DNA of 64,000 bases from an uncultured bacterium (GTDB lineage Bacteria; Oederibacteriota; Oederibacteriia; Oederibacteriales; Oederibacteriaceae), in assembly GCA_965112635.1 (NCBI GenBank), contig OZ218778.1, forward strand, positions 576,001 to 640,000. Direction: 5' to 3'. Positions 9,943-19,802 of the stretch are shown piece by piece; positions within the stretch are counted from its first letter, which is position 1; each line of letters opens with the position of its first letter. The notes under the pieces were generated by a model. The model made no database searches. It saw only the letters and a program-made list of their open reading frames with translations, and had not been told where the DNA came from. A program made the position numbers and the translations under genes.

Positions 9943-10069
9943 AAGCAGAGCTGCTCCTGTTCCGGGCAAAAGATTAACAAACAGGCCCTAGAATGTTATA
10001 CTTCTTCCTGTTAATGTTAAAAAGAATAGGGATATCTTAACTGCCTTTATGCGTCAAGGAAAGGACAAA

Positions 10070-11380
10070 ATGAGCAGGACCAAAGGCTTGAAACCCCTGG
10101 GCTCGGCCAGGCTGATCGTTGACGGGCAGGAGCTGGAACTGCCAGTTTATGTAGGCACGGAAAAAGAGAAAACCATAGATATCGATGACTTGCGGGAAAA
10201 AACAGGCTGCATCACCCTGGACCACGGCTATCTGAACACAGGCTCCTGCCTCAGCACCATCACCTATATCGACGGTGACAAAGGCATCCTGCGGTATCGG
10301 GGCTACCCCATCGAGGAGCTGGCCAAGCACTCTAATTTTATAGAGACCAGCTTCTTGCTCATCCGGGGACATTTGCCCTCCCCGGACGAGCTCCACGAAT
10401 TCATCAGCGAGATAAAACATTCTACCCCGCTGGATAAAAAGATCCAGCAGTTCTATGACGGGGTTCCCCAGGGCGGCCACCCCATGGCGGTCCTGGCTTC
10501 GATGGTGAGCGCCATGTCCACCTTTTATCAGGAGTACGCCGACCCCCAGGACTCACGGCACATTCATCTGGCCATCTACCGGCTGATGGGCAAGATCCCC
10601 TCCATCCTGGCCTACGGATTTAAAAAGACCATGGGCCAGGCCATCGTGGAGCCCGACCCGTCGCTCGACTACAGTTCCAACTTCCTCCATATGATGTTCG
10701 CCAACCCCGCGGGCAATTACAAGGTGGATCCGGTACTGGCCAAGGCCCTGGACACGGCCCTGCTCCTCCACGCCGACCACGAGCAGAGCTGCAGCACCTC
10801 CACGGTCCGGCTGGTGGGCACGAGCGGCGCCAACATGTACGCCTCCATCTCGGCCGGCATCAGCGCCCTCTGGGGATATTTCCACGGCGGTGCGGCCCAG
10901 GCCGTGGTCGAAATGCTGCAGGAGATACACAACAGCGGTATTAGCGCCAAAGACTACATTGAAAAGGTCAAACGGAAAGAGGACGGCATCCGGCTCATGG
11001 GATTCGGCCACCGCGTGTACAAAAACTTCGACCCGCGGGCCAAGATCATCAAAAAACTCTGCCACGATGTCCTCAAAAGGACCGGGCATAAGAGCCCCCT
11101 CTTTGAGCTGGCCCAAAAACTGGAGAACATCGCGCTTAAAGACGACTATTTCCTGGCACGCAAGCTGTATCCCAACGTGGACTACTATACCGGGATCACC
11201 TACCTGGCCCTCGGCATCCCCGTCAACATGTATACGGTCATGTTCGCCATGGGACGCATGCCGGGCTGGATCGCCCAGTGGCTGGAAATGAAGCACGACC
11301 CGGCCACAAAATTGGGCCGGCCGCGGCAAGTTTACACGGGCTCGACCATTCGCCACTACCCGGCCAATAAAAAAAGATAG
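10070..11380 (+). CDS. gltA: Citrate synthase (type II-like)
   Basis: YIDGDKGILRYRGY, HADHEQ, HGGA, LMGFGHRVYKNFDPRA, LYPNVD, RPRQVY. Confidence 0.93.
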   Translation: MSRTKGLKPLGSARLIVDGQELELPVYVGTEKEKTIDIDDLREKTGCITLDHGYLNTGSCLSTITYIDGDKGILRYRGYPIEELAKHSNFIETSFLLIRGHLPSPDELHEFISEIKHSTPLDKKIQQFYDGVPQGGHPMAVLASMVSAMSTFYQEYADPQDSRHIHLAIYRLMGKIPSILAYGFKKTMGQAIVEPDPSLDYSSNFLHMMFANPAGNYKVDPVLAKALDTALLLHADHEQSCSTSTVRLVGTSGANMYASISAGISALWGYFHGGAAQAVVEMLQEIHNSGISAKDYIEKVKRKEDGIRLMGFGHRVYKNFDPRAKIIKKLCHDVLKRTGHKSPLFELAQKLENIALKDDYFLARKLYPNVDYYTGITYLALGIPVNMYTVMFAMGRMPGWIAQWLEMKHDPATKLGRPRQVYTGSTIRHYPANKKR

Positions 11381-11407
11381 GGCGGCTTTTGGTTTTTCGC
11401 CGCGCCC

Positions 11408-11472
11408 TTTACAAACGGTGTTTTTGCTGATATCTTATATTCATTAGTTTTTGCTTAAGTTTTTTAAGCAAA
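11408..11472 (+). promoter_or_regulatory. Putative sigma70 promoter of the ech operon with downstream palindromic operator
   Basis: TTTACA (11408)-17 bp-TATCTT (11431) with extended TG; TTTGCTTAA-N5-TTAAGCAAA at 11450-11472. Confidence 0.5.
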
Positions 11473-11523
11473 TCACCCTGAACTTCAAAATCCAAAAACA
11501 ATTAGCTCAGAGAGGTCTTTTTA

Positions 11524-13413
11524 GTGGGGCTACTTTTATTTCTGATCGGATTTCCGCTGCTGGTCGCGTTCTTGGTCCTGGCGGCAAAAAATGACCGCCT
11601 AAGGGGCGGGGTCATCACCCTGGCCACGGTGGTCCTGTGCGCGGCTTCCATCCTGCTCTTGTTCGACAACTTCCACCGTCCTCCCCAACTTTTTAGCGCC
11701 GAGTTTCCCGGGGTTGAAAAAATCATGCTGGGGCTGGAGATATTGCTGGGCGCCTACATCTTCTTCCTCAGTCTTAAATTCAAACAATACATGGTGGCCA
11801 GCCTGGTCACCCTCCAGGTCTTAATAATGGTAGTCTGCGAGCTCACTTTCGGAGCCTCGGTCAAGGTGGACTACAACCTCTTTGTGGACAATTTATCCGT
11901 CATCATGGCCCTGATCATCGGCATTATCGGCAGCCTGATCTGCCTTTACTCCGTGGGCTATATGAAGCGCCTGCACGAAGAGCACCACAAAGAGATCCCC
12001 GACCGCCGGCCTTTCTTTTCCTTTATCTTATTCGTCTTCCTTGCGGCCATGTTCGGGGTAGTCTTCGCCAACAACCTCGTTTGGCTGTACTTTTTCTGGG
12101 AAATCACCACCCTGTGCTCCTTCTTCCTGATCGCCTACAAGCAGGATGAAATATCCTGGAAAAACGCTTTCCTGGCCCTCAAATACAACCTTTTGGGCGG
12201 CTTGGGCTTTGCCCTGGCCCTGGCCTACCTTATGTATACGCCTAAAGTCATCGAAATGGACAAGGTCCTGGCCCTGGGCAAGGCCAGCGTCATGATCCCG
12301 GTCGCCTTGATCTGCTTTGCCGGACTGACCAAATCGGCCCAGATGCCCTTCTCCTCCTGGCTCTTGGGCGCCATGGTCGCTCCGACCCCGGTCTCGGCCC
12401 TGCTGCATTCCAGCACCATGGTCAAGGCTGGCGTCTATATCCTGCTCAAATTTGCCACCGTGCTCCAGGGGACCCTGGTGGGCGGCATGCTGGCCCTGGT
12501 CGGCTGCCTTACTTTTGTCCTGGCTTCTTTTATCGCCATTACCCAGAGCGATGCCAAAAGGGTCCTGGCCTACTCCACCGTGGCCAACCTCGGCCTCATC
12601 GTGATGTGCGCCGGGATCGGTTCCTATGAGGCGGTCTGGGCCGGCGTCTTTTTGATCATTTTCCACGCCATTGCCAAAGGGCTTCTTTTCCTCTGCGTGG
12701 GTACCACCGAACATAACATCCACAGCCGCAACATCGAGGACATGGGCGGCCTGATCCTGAGGCTCCCCAAGATTGCCGTCATGATGCAGATCGGCATGGC
12801 CGGCATGTTCCTGGCGCCTTTTGGGATGCTCATCAGCAAATGGGCCGTGCTCAAGGCCCTGGTCGTCAGCCCCTACATGGCCATGGTCTTTTTACTGGCC
12901 GTGGGCAGCAGCGCGACCCTGTTCTTCTGGGTCAAATGGATGGGCAAGCTCATCACGGTCATGGGGCCGCAAGAGAACGTGGAAAAAGGCGTCACGGTGA
13001 GCGAATGGACGCCGCTCTACATCCTCGCGGGCTTGACCATCGTGGTCTGCGCGATCTTCCCCCTGATCTCGACCCACCTCGTCGAGGTTTACCTGATAAA
13101 CATTTACAACACCACGGTCATGGTCATGAGCCAGGGCAATACCCTGATCATGCTCCTGATGATGGTCATGGTCCTGCTGTTCCCCCTGACCTTTTTGAAT
13201 TACGGCAAGAATGTCCGCGTCACGGACGCTTACCTGGGCGGAGCCAATGTCCAGGGCAGCACCCAGTTCACCGGGTCCACCGGCGACGTGACCGACCTGG
13301 AGACCAAGAACTATTATCTTGAGAACATCTTTGGGGAATCCAAACTCATCAAGGTAGGAGCTATTTTGACGATCATTTCGATCCTGGTCATGGTGGTGGT
13401 CCCATGGGTCTGA
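11524..13413 (+). CDS. echA: Ech hydrogenase subunit A (NuoL/MrpA-like antiporter subunit)
   Basis: Many TMs; FFWEITT, KSAQMPFSSWLLGAMVAPTPVSALLHSSTMVKAG, KRVLAYST; first gene of the operon. Confidence 0.9.
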   Translation: MGLLLFLIGFPLLVAFLVLAAKNDRLRGGVITLATVVLCAASILLLFDNFHRPPQLFSAEFPGVEKIMLGLEILLGAYIFFLSLKFKQYMVASLVTLQVLIMVVCELTFGASVKVDYNLFVDNLSVIMALIIGIIGSLICLYSVGYMKRLHEEHHKEIPDRRPFFSFILFVFLAAMFGVVFANNLVWLYFFWEITTLCSFFLIAYKQDEISWKNAFLALKYNLLGGLGFALALAYLMYTPKVIEMDKVLALGKASVMIPVALICFAGLTKSAQMPFSSWLLGAMVAPTPVSALLHSSTMVKAGVYILLKFATVLQGTLVGGMLALVGCLTFVLASFIAITQSDAKRVLAYSTVANLGLIVMCAGIGSYEAVWAGVFLIIFHAIAKGLLFLCVGTTEHNIHSRNIEDMGGLILRLPKIAVMMQIGMAGMFLAPFGMLISKWAVLKALVVSPYMAMVFLLAVGSSATLFFWVKWMGKLITVMGPQENVEKGVTVSEWTPLYILAGLTIVVCAIFPLISTHLVEVYLINIYNTTVMVMSQGNTLIMLLMMVMVLLFPLTFLNYGKNVRVTDAYLGGANVQGSTQFTGSTGDVTDLETKNYYLENIFGESKLIKVGAILTIISILVMVVVPWV

Positions 13414-14264
13414 ACACGCTTGTGGCCTTGATCATCTATCTCATCGCTGCTCCCCTCGTGGGAGGCATCCTCGCTGGCTGGGACCGCCGGTTGACCGCCC
13501 GCCTGCAAAGCCGGGTCGGCCCGCCCATCCTGCAGCCTTTCTATGATGTTCTTAAGCTGATGAGCAAGGAGAACCTGGTCGTCCGCATGTCCCAGAACTT
13601 TTATGTTCTTTTCTTCCTCATCCTGGTCATTTTCACCGGCGCTCTGTTCTTCACGGGCGGCGACCTGCTGCTGGTCATCTTTTCCCTGACCCTGGCCGCG
13701 GTCTTCTTTGCCCTGGCCGGTTTTAAGACCAGCTCGTCCTATAGTTTCTTGGGCGCTCAGCGGGAGCTCATCCAGATGATGGCCTATGAGCCCATGATCA
13801 TCCTGGCGGCCGTAGGCATGTTCATGGTCGCCAAGAGTTTCGCGGTCAGCGATATCTTGGCTTGCCCCCTGTTGCTCATCGCCTACCTGCCCGGCATTTT
13901 CCTGGGATTCCTTTTCATCCTGATCATCAAATTCCGCAAATCGCCCTTTGACCTGTCCATGTCCCACCACGCCCATCAGGAGCTGGCCCGCGGCATCATC
14001 ACCGAATTCTCCGGCTCCACCCTGGCCATGATCGAGATCGCCCATTGGTACGAGAACGTCCTCCTGCTGGGTTTTGTGGGGCTGTTTTTCGCCAACAACC
14101 TCTGGCTCGCCGTCATCGCGGCGTTGGCCTCTTACTTCGTGCTGATCTTTATCGACAACACTTTCGCCCGCGTGAAATGGACCCTGGCCCTGCGGAGCTC
14201 CTGGATCGTCACCTTGGTCCTCGGTCTGGGCAACCTCGCGGTTTTGATATTCGTGCTTAAATAA
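13404..14264 (+). CDS. echB: Ech hydrogenase subunit B (NuoH-like)
   Basis: RRLTARLQSRVGPPILQPFYDVLKL, KSPFDLS..HHAHQE, TEFSG. Confidence 0.9.
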   Translation: MGLNTLVALIIYLIAAPLVGGILAGWDRRLTARLQSRVGPPILQPFYDVLKLMSKENLVVRMSQNFYVLFFLILVIFTGALFFTGGDLLLVIFSLTLAAVFFALAGFKTSSSYSFLGAQRELIQMMAYEPMIILAAVGMFMVAKSFAVSDILACPLLLIAYLPGIFLGFLFILIIKFRKSPFDLSMSHHAHQELARGIITEFSGSTLAMIEIAHWYENVLLLGFVGLFFANNLWLAVIAALASYFVLIFIDNTFARVKWTLALRSSWIVTLVLGLGNLAVLIFVLK

Positions 14265-14275
14265 AAGGAGTTTAA

Positions 14276-14734
14276 ATGTCTTATTTAAAAAGGTCGCCGT
14301 GGGTCATCCACTATGACGCCTCCAGCTGCAACGGTTGCGACATCGAGGTCCTGGCCTGCCTGACCCCGGTTTACGACGTGGAACGCTTCGGCATCATCAA
14401 TACCGGCAACCCCAAGCACGCGGACATTTTTTTGATCACCGGTTCAGTCAACGAGCAGAACAAGACCGTAGTCCTGAATATCTATAATGAGATGCCCAAC
14501 CCCAAGGTCGTGGTGGCCATCGGCGCCTGCGCTTTGACAGGTGGCATTTTTGCCGAGACCTATAACGTGCAGGGCGGGGTGGACAAAGTCATCCCGGTGG
14601 ACGTCTATGTTCCCGGCTGCGCCGCCAGGCCCGAGGCCATCATCGATGGCGTCGTGCAGGGTCTCGCGGTCCTCGAGGAAAAATACGCCAAACTTCACAA
14701 GGAAAAAACCGCTAAAAATGAGGTAAAAAAATAA
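14276..14734 (+). CDS. echC: Ech hydrogenase small subunit C (NuoB-like)
   Basis: SCNGCDIE, IGACA, VYVPGCAARP. Confidence 0.92.
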   Translation: MSYLKRSPWVIHYDASSCNGCDIEVLACLTPVYDVERFGIINTGNPKHADIFLITGSVNEQNKTVVLNIYNEMPNPKVVVAIGACALTGGIFAETYNVQGGVDKVIPVDVYVPGCAARPEAIIDGVVQGLAVLEEKYAKLHKEKTAKNEVKK

Positions 14735-15117
14735 TGGACGCGCAAACCTTTACCCCGATCAATGTCTCCGAGCTGGTCTCCAAGGTCGGGGAGCTGAAAA
14801 ATTCTGGCTATAGGATGGTCCAGATCTGCGCCGCCAAAGTGGACCAGGGCCTGGAACTCACCTATTCCTTTGACAAGGAGTACGGTCTGGTCAACTTGCG
14901 GTTCACTCTGCCCTCGACCGAGGTGGAGGTCCCCAGCGTCAGCGGAGTTTACTGGAACTCCTTCTTGTACGAGAACGAGCTGCACGATCTTTTCGGCATC
15001 AAGGTCACCAACATCAACGTGGACTACAAGGGAAAATTCTACAAGACCTCGGTCAAGTGGCCCTTTAATCCCGAGCCAAAACCCGCCGAGAGCGCGGAGA
15101 AAGATAAACAGCCATGA
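14734..15117 (+). CDS. echD: Ech hydrogenase subunit D (NuoC-like)
   Basis: GYRMVQIC, YSFD, PSVS..Y, YENELHDLFGI. Confidence 0.9.
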   Translation: MDAQTFTPINVSELVSKVGELKNSGYRMVQICAAKVDQGLELTYSFDKEYGLVNLRFTLPSTEVEVPSVSGVYWNSFLYENELHDLFGIKVTNINVDYKGKFYKTSVKWPFNPEPKPAESAEKDKQP

Positions 15118-16193
15118 GCAAACGGACGATCATCCCCTTCGGCCCCCAGCATCCGGTGCTGCCGGAGCCTATCCATCTGGACCTGGTGATGGAGGACGAG
15201 AAGGTCGTGCAGGCCATACCCTCCATTGGGTTCATCCACCGGGGGCTCGAAAAACTGGTGGAGAAAAAGGATTTCATTGACTACGCCTTTGTGGCGGAGC
15301 GCATCTGCGGCATCTGCAGCTTTATCCACGGCATGACCTACTGCCTGGCCGTTGAGTCCATCATGAAACTGGAAGTCCCGCCGCGCGCCGCTTACCTGCG
15401 CATCATCTGGGGCGAGCTCTCCCGTATCCACAGCCACCTGCTCTGGCTGGGCCTGATGGCTGACGGGTTCGGCTTTGAGAGCCTGTTCATGCAATCGTGG
15501 CGCATCAGGGAAAAGATCCTCGACATCATCGAGGCCACGACCGGCGGCCGGGTCATTTTCGGGACTTCCAAGGTCGGCGGGGTGCGCCGGGACATTTCCA
15601 AGGAAACCATGGCGGATATGCTGAAAAAACTCGCGGAATACGAGAAGGAAATCAACAAGCTGACCAAGGTCTTTATGAACGACAGCTCGGTCAAGCACCG
15701 CCTGGTCGGGGTCGGCGTCCTGTCCCAAGAGGATGCCTACGCCCTGGGCGCGGTCGGCCCGACTCTGCGGGGCAGCGGCGTAGTCCGGGACACCCGCAAA
15801 CTGGGTTACAGCCTGTATAACGAGATCACTTTTGAACCCATCGTGGAAAAGGACGGCGACAGCTACAGCCGCTGCATGGTCCGGGTGAGGGAGCTTAACC
15901 AGTCCTTTGACATCATCCGCCAGGCCGCCCAAAAGATGCCCGAAGGCCCCATCGCGGCCAAGGTTACGGGGCTTCCTGACGGCGAAGTGGTCATGCGCAC
16001 CGAGCAGCCCCGCGGCGAGGTCGTTTATTACGCCAAGGCGAACGCTACCCGCTATCTCAAGAGGTTAAGGGTACGGACGCCCACTTTTGCCAACATACCG
16101 CCCCTGGTTAAACTTCTGCCGGGATGCGAGCTGGCTGATGTGCCGGTCCTGGTCCTGACCATCGACCCCTGCATCAGCTGTACGGAGAGATAA
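15114..16193 (+). CDS. echE: Ech [NiFe] hydrogenase large subunit (group 4e-type)
   Basis: PFGPQHP, L1 motif ERICGICSFIH, L2 motif DPCISCTER at the very C-terminus with no cleavable extension. Confidence 0.95.
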   Translation: MSKRTIIPFGPQHPVLPEPIHLDLVMEDEKVVQAIPSIGFIHRGLEKLVEKKDFIDYAFVAERICGICSFIHGMTYCLAVESIMKLEVPPRAAYLRIIWGELSRIHSHLLWLGLMADGFGFESLFMQSWRIREKILDIIEATTGGRVIFGTSKVGGVRRDISKETMADMLKKLAEYEKEINKLTKVFMNDSSVKHRLVGVGVLSQEDAYALGAVGPTLRGSGVVRDTRKLGYSLYNEITFEPIVEKDGDSYSRCMVRVRELNQSFDIIRQAAQKMPEGPIAAKVTGLPDGEVVMRTEQPRGEVVYYAKANATRYLKRLRVRTPTFANIPPLVKLLPGCELADVPVLVLTIDPCISCTER

Positions 16194-16194
16194 A

Positions 16195-16527
16195 ATGCCT
16201 AACTTTTCCATGTCATCGACGGTCCTGAAAAACCTGTTCCACAAACCCTCCACGGTGAAATACCCGTTCGAGACCAAGGCTCCCCTGCCCATGTCGCGGG
16301 GAAGCATCCGCTACGACGTTTCCCAGTGCATCTTCTGCGGGATGTGCCAGAAAAAATGCCCCACCGGCGCCATCACCATGTTCAAGGAAGAGAAAAAATT
16401 CACGGTGAAGCGCCAGAACTGCATTGTCTGCGGTTACTGCGTTGAGGTCTGCCCCAAGAAGTGCATCTACATGGACGCCGCCTACTCCAAACCCTTCCGC
16501 GCCAAAGGCGAGGATACTTTCCTCTGA
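16195..16527 (+). CDS. echF: Ech hydrogenase subunit F, 2x[4Fe-4S]
   Basis: CIFCGMCQKKCP and CIVCGYCVEVCP. Confidence 0.92.
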   Translation: MPNFSMSSTVLKNLFHKPSTVKYPFETKAPLPMSRGSIRYDVSQCIFCGMCQKKCPTGAITMFKEEKKFTVKRQNCIVCGYCVEVCPKKCIYMDAAYSKPFRAKGEDTFL

Positions 16528-16871
16528 TGCACGAATACCACCTGGTCGAAGACATCGTCAAAAAGGTCCTGGAATCCGCAGCGCAAAACCATGCCGTCAA
16601 GGTCACCAAAGTGAACCTGGTCGTGGGTGAGCTGTCGGGTCTCGCGGAAAGTTCGGTCCGGCTGTACTTTGAAAGCCTTTCCAAAGGCACCATCGCCGAG
16701 CAGGCCAAATTGGTCATCACACCTCTTCCCGCCAAGCTCCAGTGCAAGTACTGCGGCTTTTTGTTCGTCCGTAAAAAAGGCGAATTCGACTGTCCCCAGT
16801 GCGGCAAACCCGCTGTCCCGACCGAGATCGGCAAGGAGTTCTATATCAAGGATATTGAGGTCGAAGAATAG
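16527..16871 (+). CDS. hypA: Hydrogenase nickel metallochaperone HypA
   Basis: MHE start overlapping the echF stop (TGATG), VGELSG, CKYC..CPQC, GKEFYI. Confidence 0.93.
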   Translation: MHEYHLVEDIVKKVLESAAQNHAVKVTKVNLVVGELSGLAESSVRLYFESLSKGTIAEQAKLVITPLPAKLQCKYCGFLFVRKKGEFDCPQCGKPAVPTEIGKEFYIKDIEVEE

Positions 16872-16956
16872 GCCTCCTGATCCAGTTGGAAGTTGCATTA
16901 GGCGCAAAAACCTTCCTCTAGGATTTGTTACAAGGAGTTTCCAACGACGGGTTAGA

Positions 16957-17346
16957 TCAGAATTTTACGGATGAACCTAACATTTTCTGGCTGATCTGGA
17001 TGAGGAATTTCACGATCTGTTCTTTGCTTTCCGCTGATATCTTTTGGTATCTTATCCCATAGCCGTAAATACCGATATTCTGGTTCTCTTCCTTTTTCCA
17101 CAGGACATGGCAAAGCAGGATGATCTGCTTGAAGGAGTTGGGAAGGTAAAAGTTCAACCGCAGCAAGGTGCCCACGGGGATCAGGGTGTCGGAAACGAGG
17201 TAGACCCCTTCGGCGCCCAGGTTTTCTATGCAGGTATCGGGGCCGAGGTTTTTCAGCTCTTTTTTGCCGGTGACCACATTTTTGACCTGGTAATAACCCC
17301 TTGCCGGGATCAGGGTATTATATCTTAAACTTTTTCTGTATCTCAT
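16957..17346 (-). CDS. PilZ domain protein
   Basis: RKSLR ... NLGAEG, LNFYLP, VLW, YGIRY. Confidence 0.75.
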   Translation of the reverse strand: MRYRKSLRYNTLIPARGYYQVKNVVTGKKELKNLGPDTCIENLGAEGVYLVSDTLIPVGTLLRLNFYLPNSFKQIILLCHVLWKKEENQNIGIYGYGIRYQKISAESKEQIVKFLIQISQKMLGSSVKF

Positions 17347-17367
17347 GTTAAATCGCTCCCGCCGTTC

Positions 17368-17736
17368 TCATTTTGTTTTCTTCGTGCCCAGGATATATTC
17401 GCTGACCTTGATCTTGTCCGCCTCTTTGATCTCCATGGTCAGGATGCCGTAGCCGTATTTTCCGCCGATATCCGCTTTGGTCTCCTTTTTTCTGATCACT
17501 TCGCCTATCAGGTTGATCGGCCTGGTATATCCGGGCAAATAAAACCCGATCTGCACAATGCTCCCCAGGCGCACGTCTGAATCCGAAGCAATGAAAATCC
17601 CGTCGGAACTGACATTGCCGATCATCGTGTGTTCGTCCAGCTTGGAGACCAGGTGGTACGCCTTTTTCCTGTATTCCAGCACCGCCCCTTTGGCGAACAT
17701 CAAAACATCGACTCTCGAGCCTTTTCTCCGGTACAT
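17368..17736 (-). CDS. PilZ domain protein
   Basis: RKGSR (RxxxR) ... NVSSDG (NxSxxG), FYLPG, GEVIR, YGYGI. Confidence 0.8.
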   Translation of the reverse strand: MYRRKGSRVDVLMFAKGAVLEYRKKAYHLVSKLDEHTMIGNVSSDGIFIASDSDVRLGSIVQIGFYLPGYTRPINLIGEVIRKKETKADIGGKYGYGILTMEIKEADKIKVSEYILGTKKTK

Positions 17737-17863
17737 TCCCCACCTCTTCGGACCAAAACCATTGTTAAATTTAGCAAAAAATAGGCCTTTAGCAAGACGT
17801 GTCCCTGACTTTTTTATAAAATTTCAGGAATAGGAAAGTGAGAGCCAGGTCCAGGCTCTTGGG

Positions 17864-19783
17864 CTAGCGGCCGGTCAAGGCGATGACCTGCTGGGCGTGG
17901 ACGTGCCCGCTCCGCTTGAGGTCCGGCGACTCGTCCACCAGGATATAAAGGTCGCCGTCCGCGGCGATCATGTCCGGCACGCGGGTTTGCTTGTTGCCCC
18001 TGCCTATTTCCGGCGTATCCCGGATGGGCACTTTAAGGTCCAGGGTGAATGGGGCCGGAAGGCTGGGTGCCTTTTCCGCAGTGATATCCACCCCTGCCAC
18101 CTTGAGGGTCAGGTCAGGCCCTGTGGCCGTGTCCACCCAGGCGATGTAAGCGTAGCGGCCTGTGACGACCATCCGGTTGACCTCGAAAAAGTTCTCGAAA
18201 TAGCCAGGTCTCAGGTCAGGATAGTTGCCGGTTTGGTTGGCGTTATTGAGTTCCAGCGTCCATTTTTCCTCTCCCGCCGTGGCGTCAAAGACCGTGAGGG
18301 TGCTGGGCCCCACGGCTGGCTGGTCCGGAAAGGGCGGCTTGTCCCCTGTGGTGGTATCCGCGTTAAAAAGGGCGTAAACGATGTATTCCCGGCCGTCCAC
18401 TTTGGTATAGGCGATGTTAGGCCAGATGTCCCGTCCTCTCATTCCCCGCCCCACCGAAAGGTCATAGGTAATCGAAGCGCGGGGGTCTGCGTGGACGAGC
18501 TGGACGGTCTCTTCTTCACCGGGTTTCCAGGCCACCCACACGCCGTCATCCACGACCATCTTGGCGATGTTGCGGTAACAGTTGAAAATGCCTCCAGGGT
18601 CCACCGGGAACCATGACTCCTCGTCTTTGCCGGCAAAATGATAATCAAAGATCCTGGCTTTGACCTGGGCGGTTTCGCTCCTGCCTACGCCGGCGATCTT
18701 GCTGGCCTGGTTATGTAAATTTTTGTCCTCATAACTCAGGCAGGCCAGGCGCAGGCCTTTTTTGACATCGCTCGCAGCGAGCTCGTTGCCCGGCACAGCC
18801 GGGTCATAGGGGCCGATATAGTAAACTTTGTCGTTCTGCACCAGGGCTCCGTTCCACATCTTGAAGACCGGGAACCCCAGGTCGGTCTTGTAGGACTGGT
18901 CCCAGTCCCTGCTGGCTGCCAGGCCCGTGTATTTGTTGACCAGCATGTCTGACCAGCACAGGCTGTGCCCCAGGTTTTTGCTGACCACCAAATATTCGCT
19001 CCCCGGCTGCAAGTCAAAAAACCCGCACATGTTGGGGTCGTTGCTGCCCAGGATGGCGCCCATGTCCCATTCATCATCCGGCATGGGATGGGTCTCGGTG
19101 TTGGGGTCGTATTCATCCGCCCGGGTCCGGCCCGTGCTGGTGAGGACAGCCTGGGAAACACGTCTGGCGCTTTTCATGTCCGGATAGGCCGCCGCCAGGG
19201 CCGCGTAAGCTCCCACAGCCGGTTGGGGATCGCCTTTAAAAGAAGAAAGGTTGGCCAGAGGGTCAATGGCCACCCGGCAGGCCTGGTCGCCTCCAATGGA
19301 GAGGAACAAATAGCCGCTGTCCGGGTCCCACCCCACGATCTCTTCACCCATGCCCGTTTCAGCGTTGTCTTCCATGTATTTATACGGCCCGATATTCTGT
19401 TTGGTCATCAGGCAGTTGAGCACATGGCCGTCGTTGGCGTCCAAAATGGTTACGCAGGCGTTATTGGCCGGCATACCGTCCTTGGTCGTGGCGGACAAGG
19501 CCAGCTTGCCGTTCAGCAAAGCCAGGTTGCGGCTGTACATGGTCCACGGTCCTGGGTCCAAAACCGGTCCCTTGTTCCCAAAACTCTTCCATATCCTCGG
19601 GTCATTAACCTCGACCAGGCTGGTGAACCGGCGCAACCATTTGAGTTTCAAAGAGGAAGGTTGGATGTCCACAGCCGAGGCGCTTTGGTGCAGGATGCCC
19701 TCATACCCCGGCCAGTTCTCCGCAAAAGCCTGAGCGGAAACTACGAGAATGATTGCCATACAGACTTTTAAAATCCTTAACAT
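17864..19783 (-). CDS. Secreted hypothetical protein, possible PQQ-like beta-propeller
   Basis: Signal peptide ending AQAFA; WPGYEG...LKLKW start and FDATAGEEKW / LDANDGHV blade-like motifs. Confidence 0.55.
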   Translation of the reverse strand: MLRILKVCMAIILVVSAQAFAENWPGYEGILHQSASAVDIQPSSLKLKWLRRFTSLVEVNDPRIWKSFGNKGPVLDPGPWTMYSRNLALLNGKLALSATTKDGMPANNACVTILDANDGHVLNCLMTKQNIGPYKYMEDNAETGMGEEIVGWDPDSGYLFLSIGGDQACRVAIDPLANLSSFKGDPQPAVGAYAALAAAYPDMKSARRVSQAVLTSTGRTRADEYDPNTETHPMPDDEWDMGAILGSNDPNMCGFFDLQPGSEYLVVSKNLGHSLCWSDMLVNKYTGLAASRDWDQSYKTDLGFPVFKMWNGALVQNDKVYYIGPYDPAVPGNELAASDVKKGLRLACLSYEDKNLHNQASKIAGVGRSETAQVKARIFDYHFAGKDEESWFPVDPGGIFNCYRNIAKMVVDDGVWVAWKPGEEETVQLVHADPRASITYDLSVGRGMRGRDIWPNIAYTKVDGREYIVYALFNADTTTGDKPPFPDQPAVGPSTLTVFDATAGEEKWTLELNNANQTGNYPDLRPGYFENFFEVNRMVVTGRYAYIAWVDTATGPDLTLKVAGVDITAEKAPSLPAPFTLDLKVPIRDTPEIGRGNKQTRVPDMIAADGDLYILVDESPDLKRSGHVHAQQVIALTGR

Positions 19784-19802
19784 TTTGGACTCCTTTTCTT
19801 AT

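Noticed and set aside
11524-16527. Complex I (nuo) or formate hydrogenlyase
   Set aside because: Six-gene ABCDEF order with intact Ni-binding CxxC pairs and hypA identifies Ech; no selenocysteine recoding is needed.
16878-16960. Loose inverted repeats (CTGATC/GATCAG, GTTGGAA/TTCCAAC) between hypA and the PilZ gene
   Set aside because: Short, widely spaced arms; could be chance or ordinary convergent termination.
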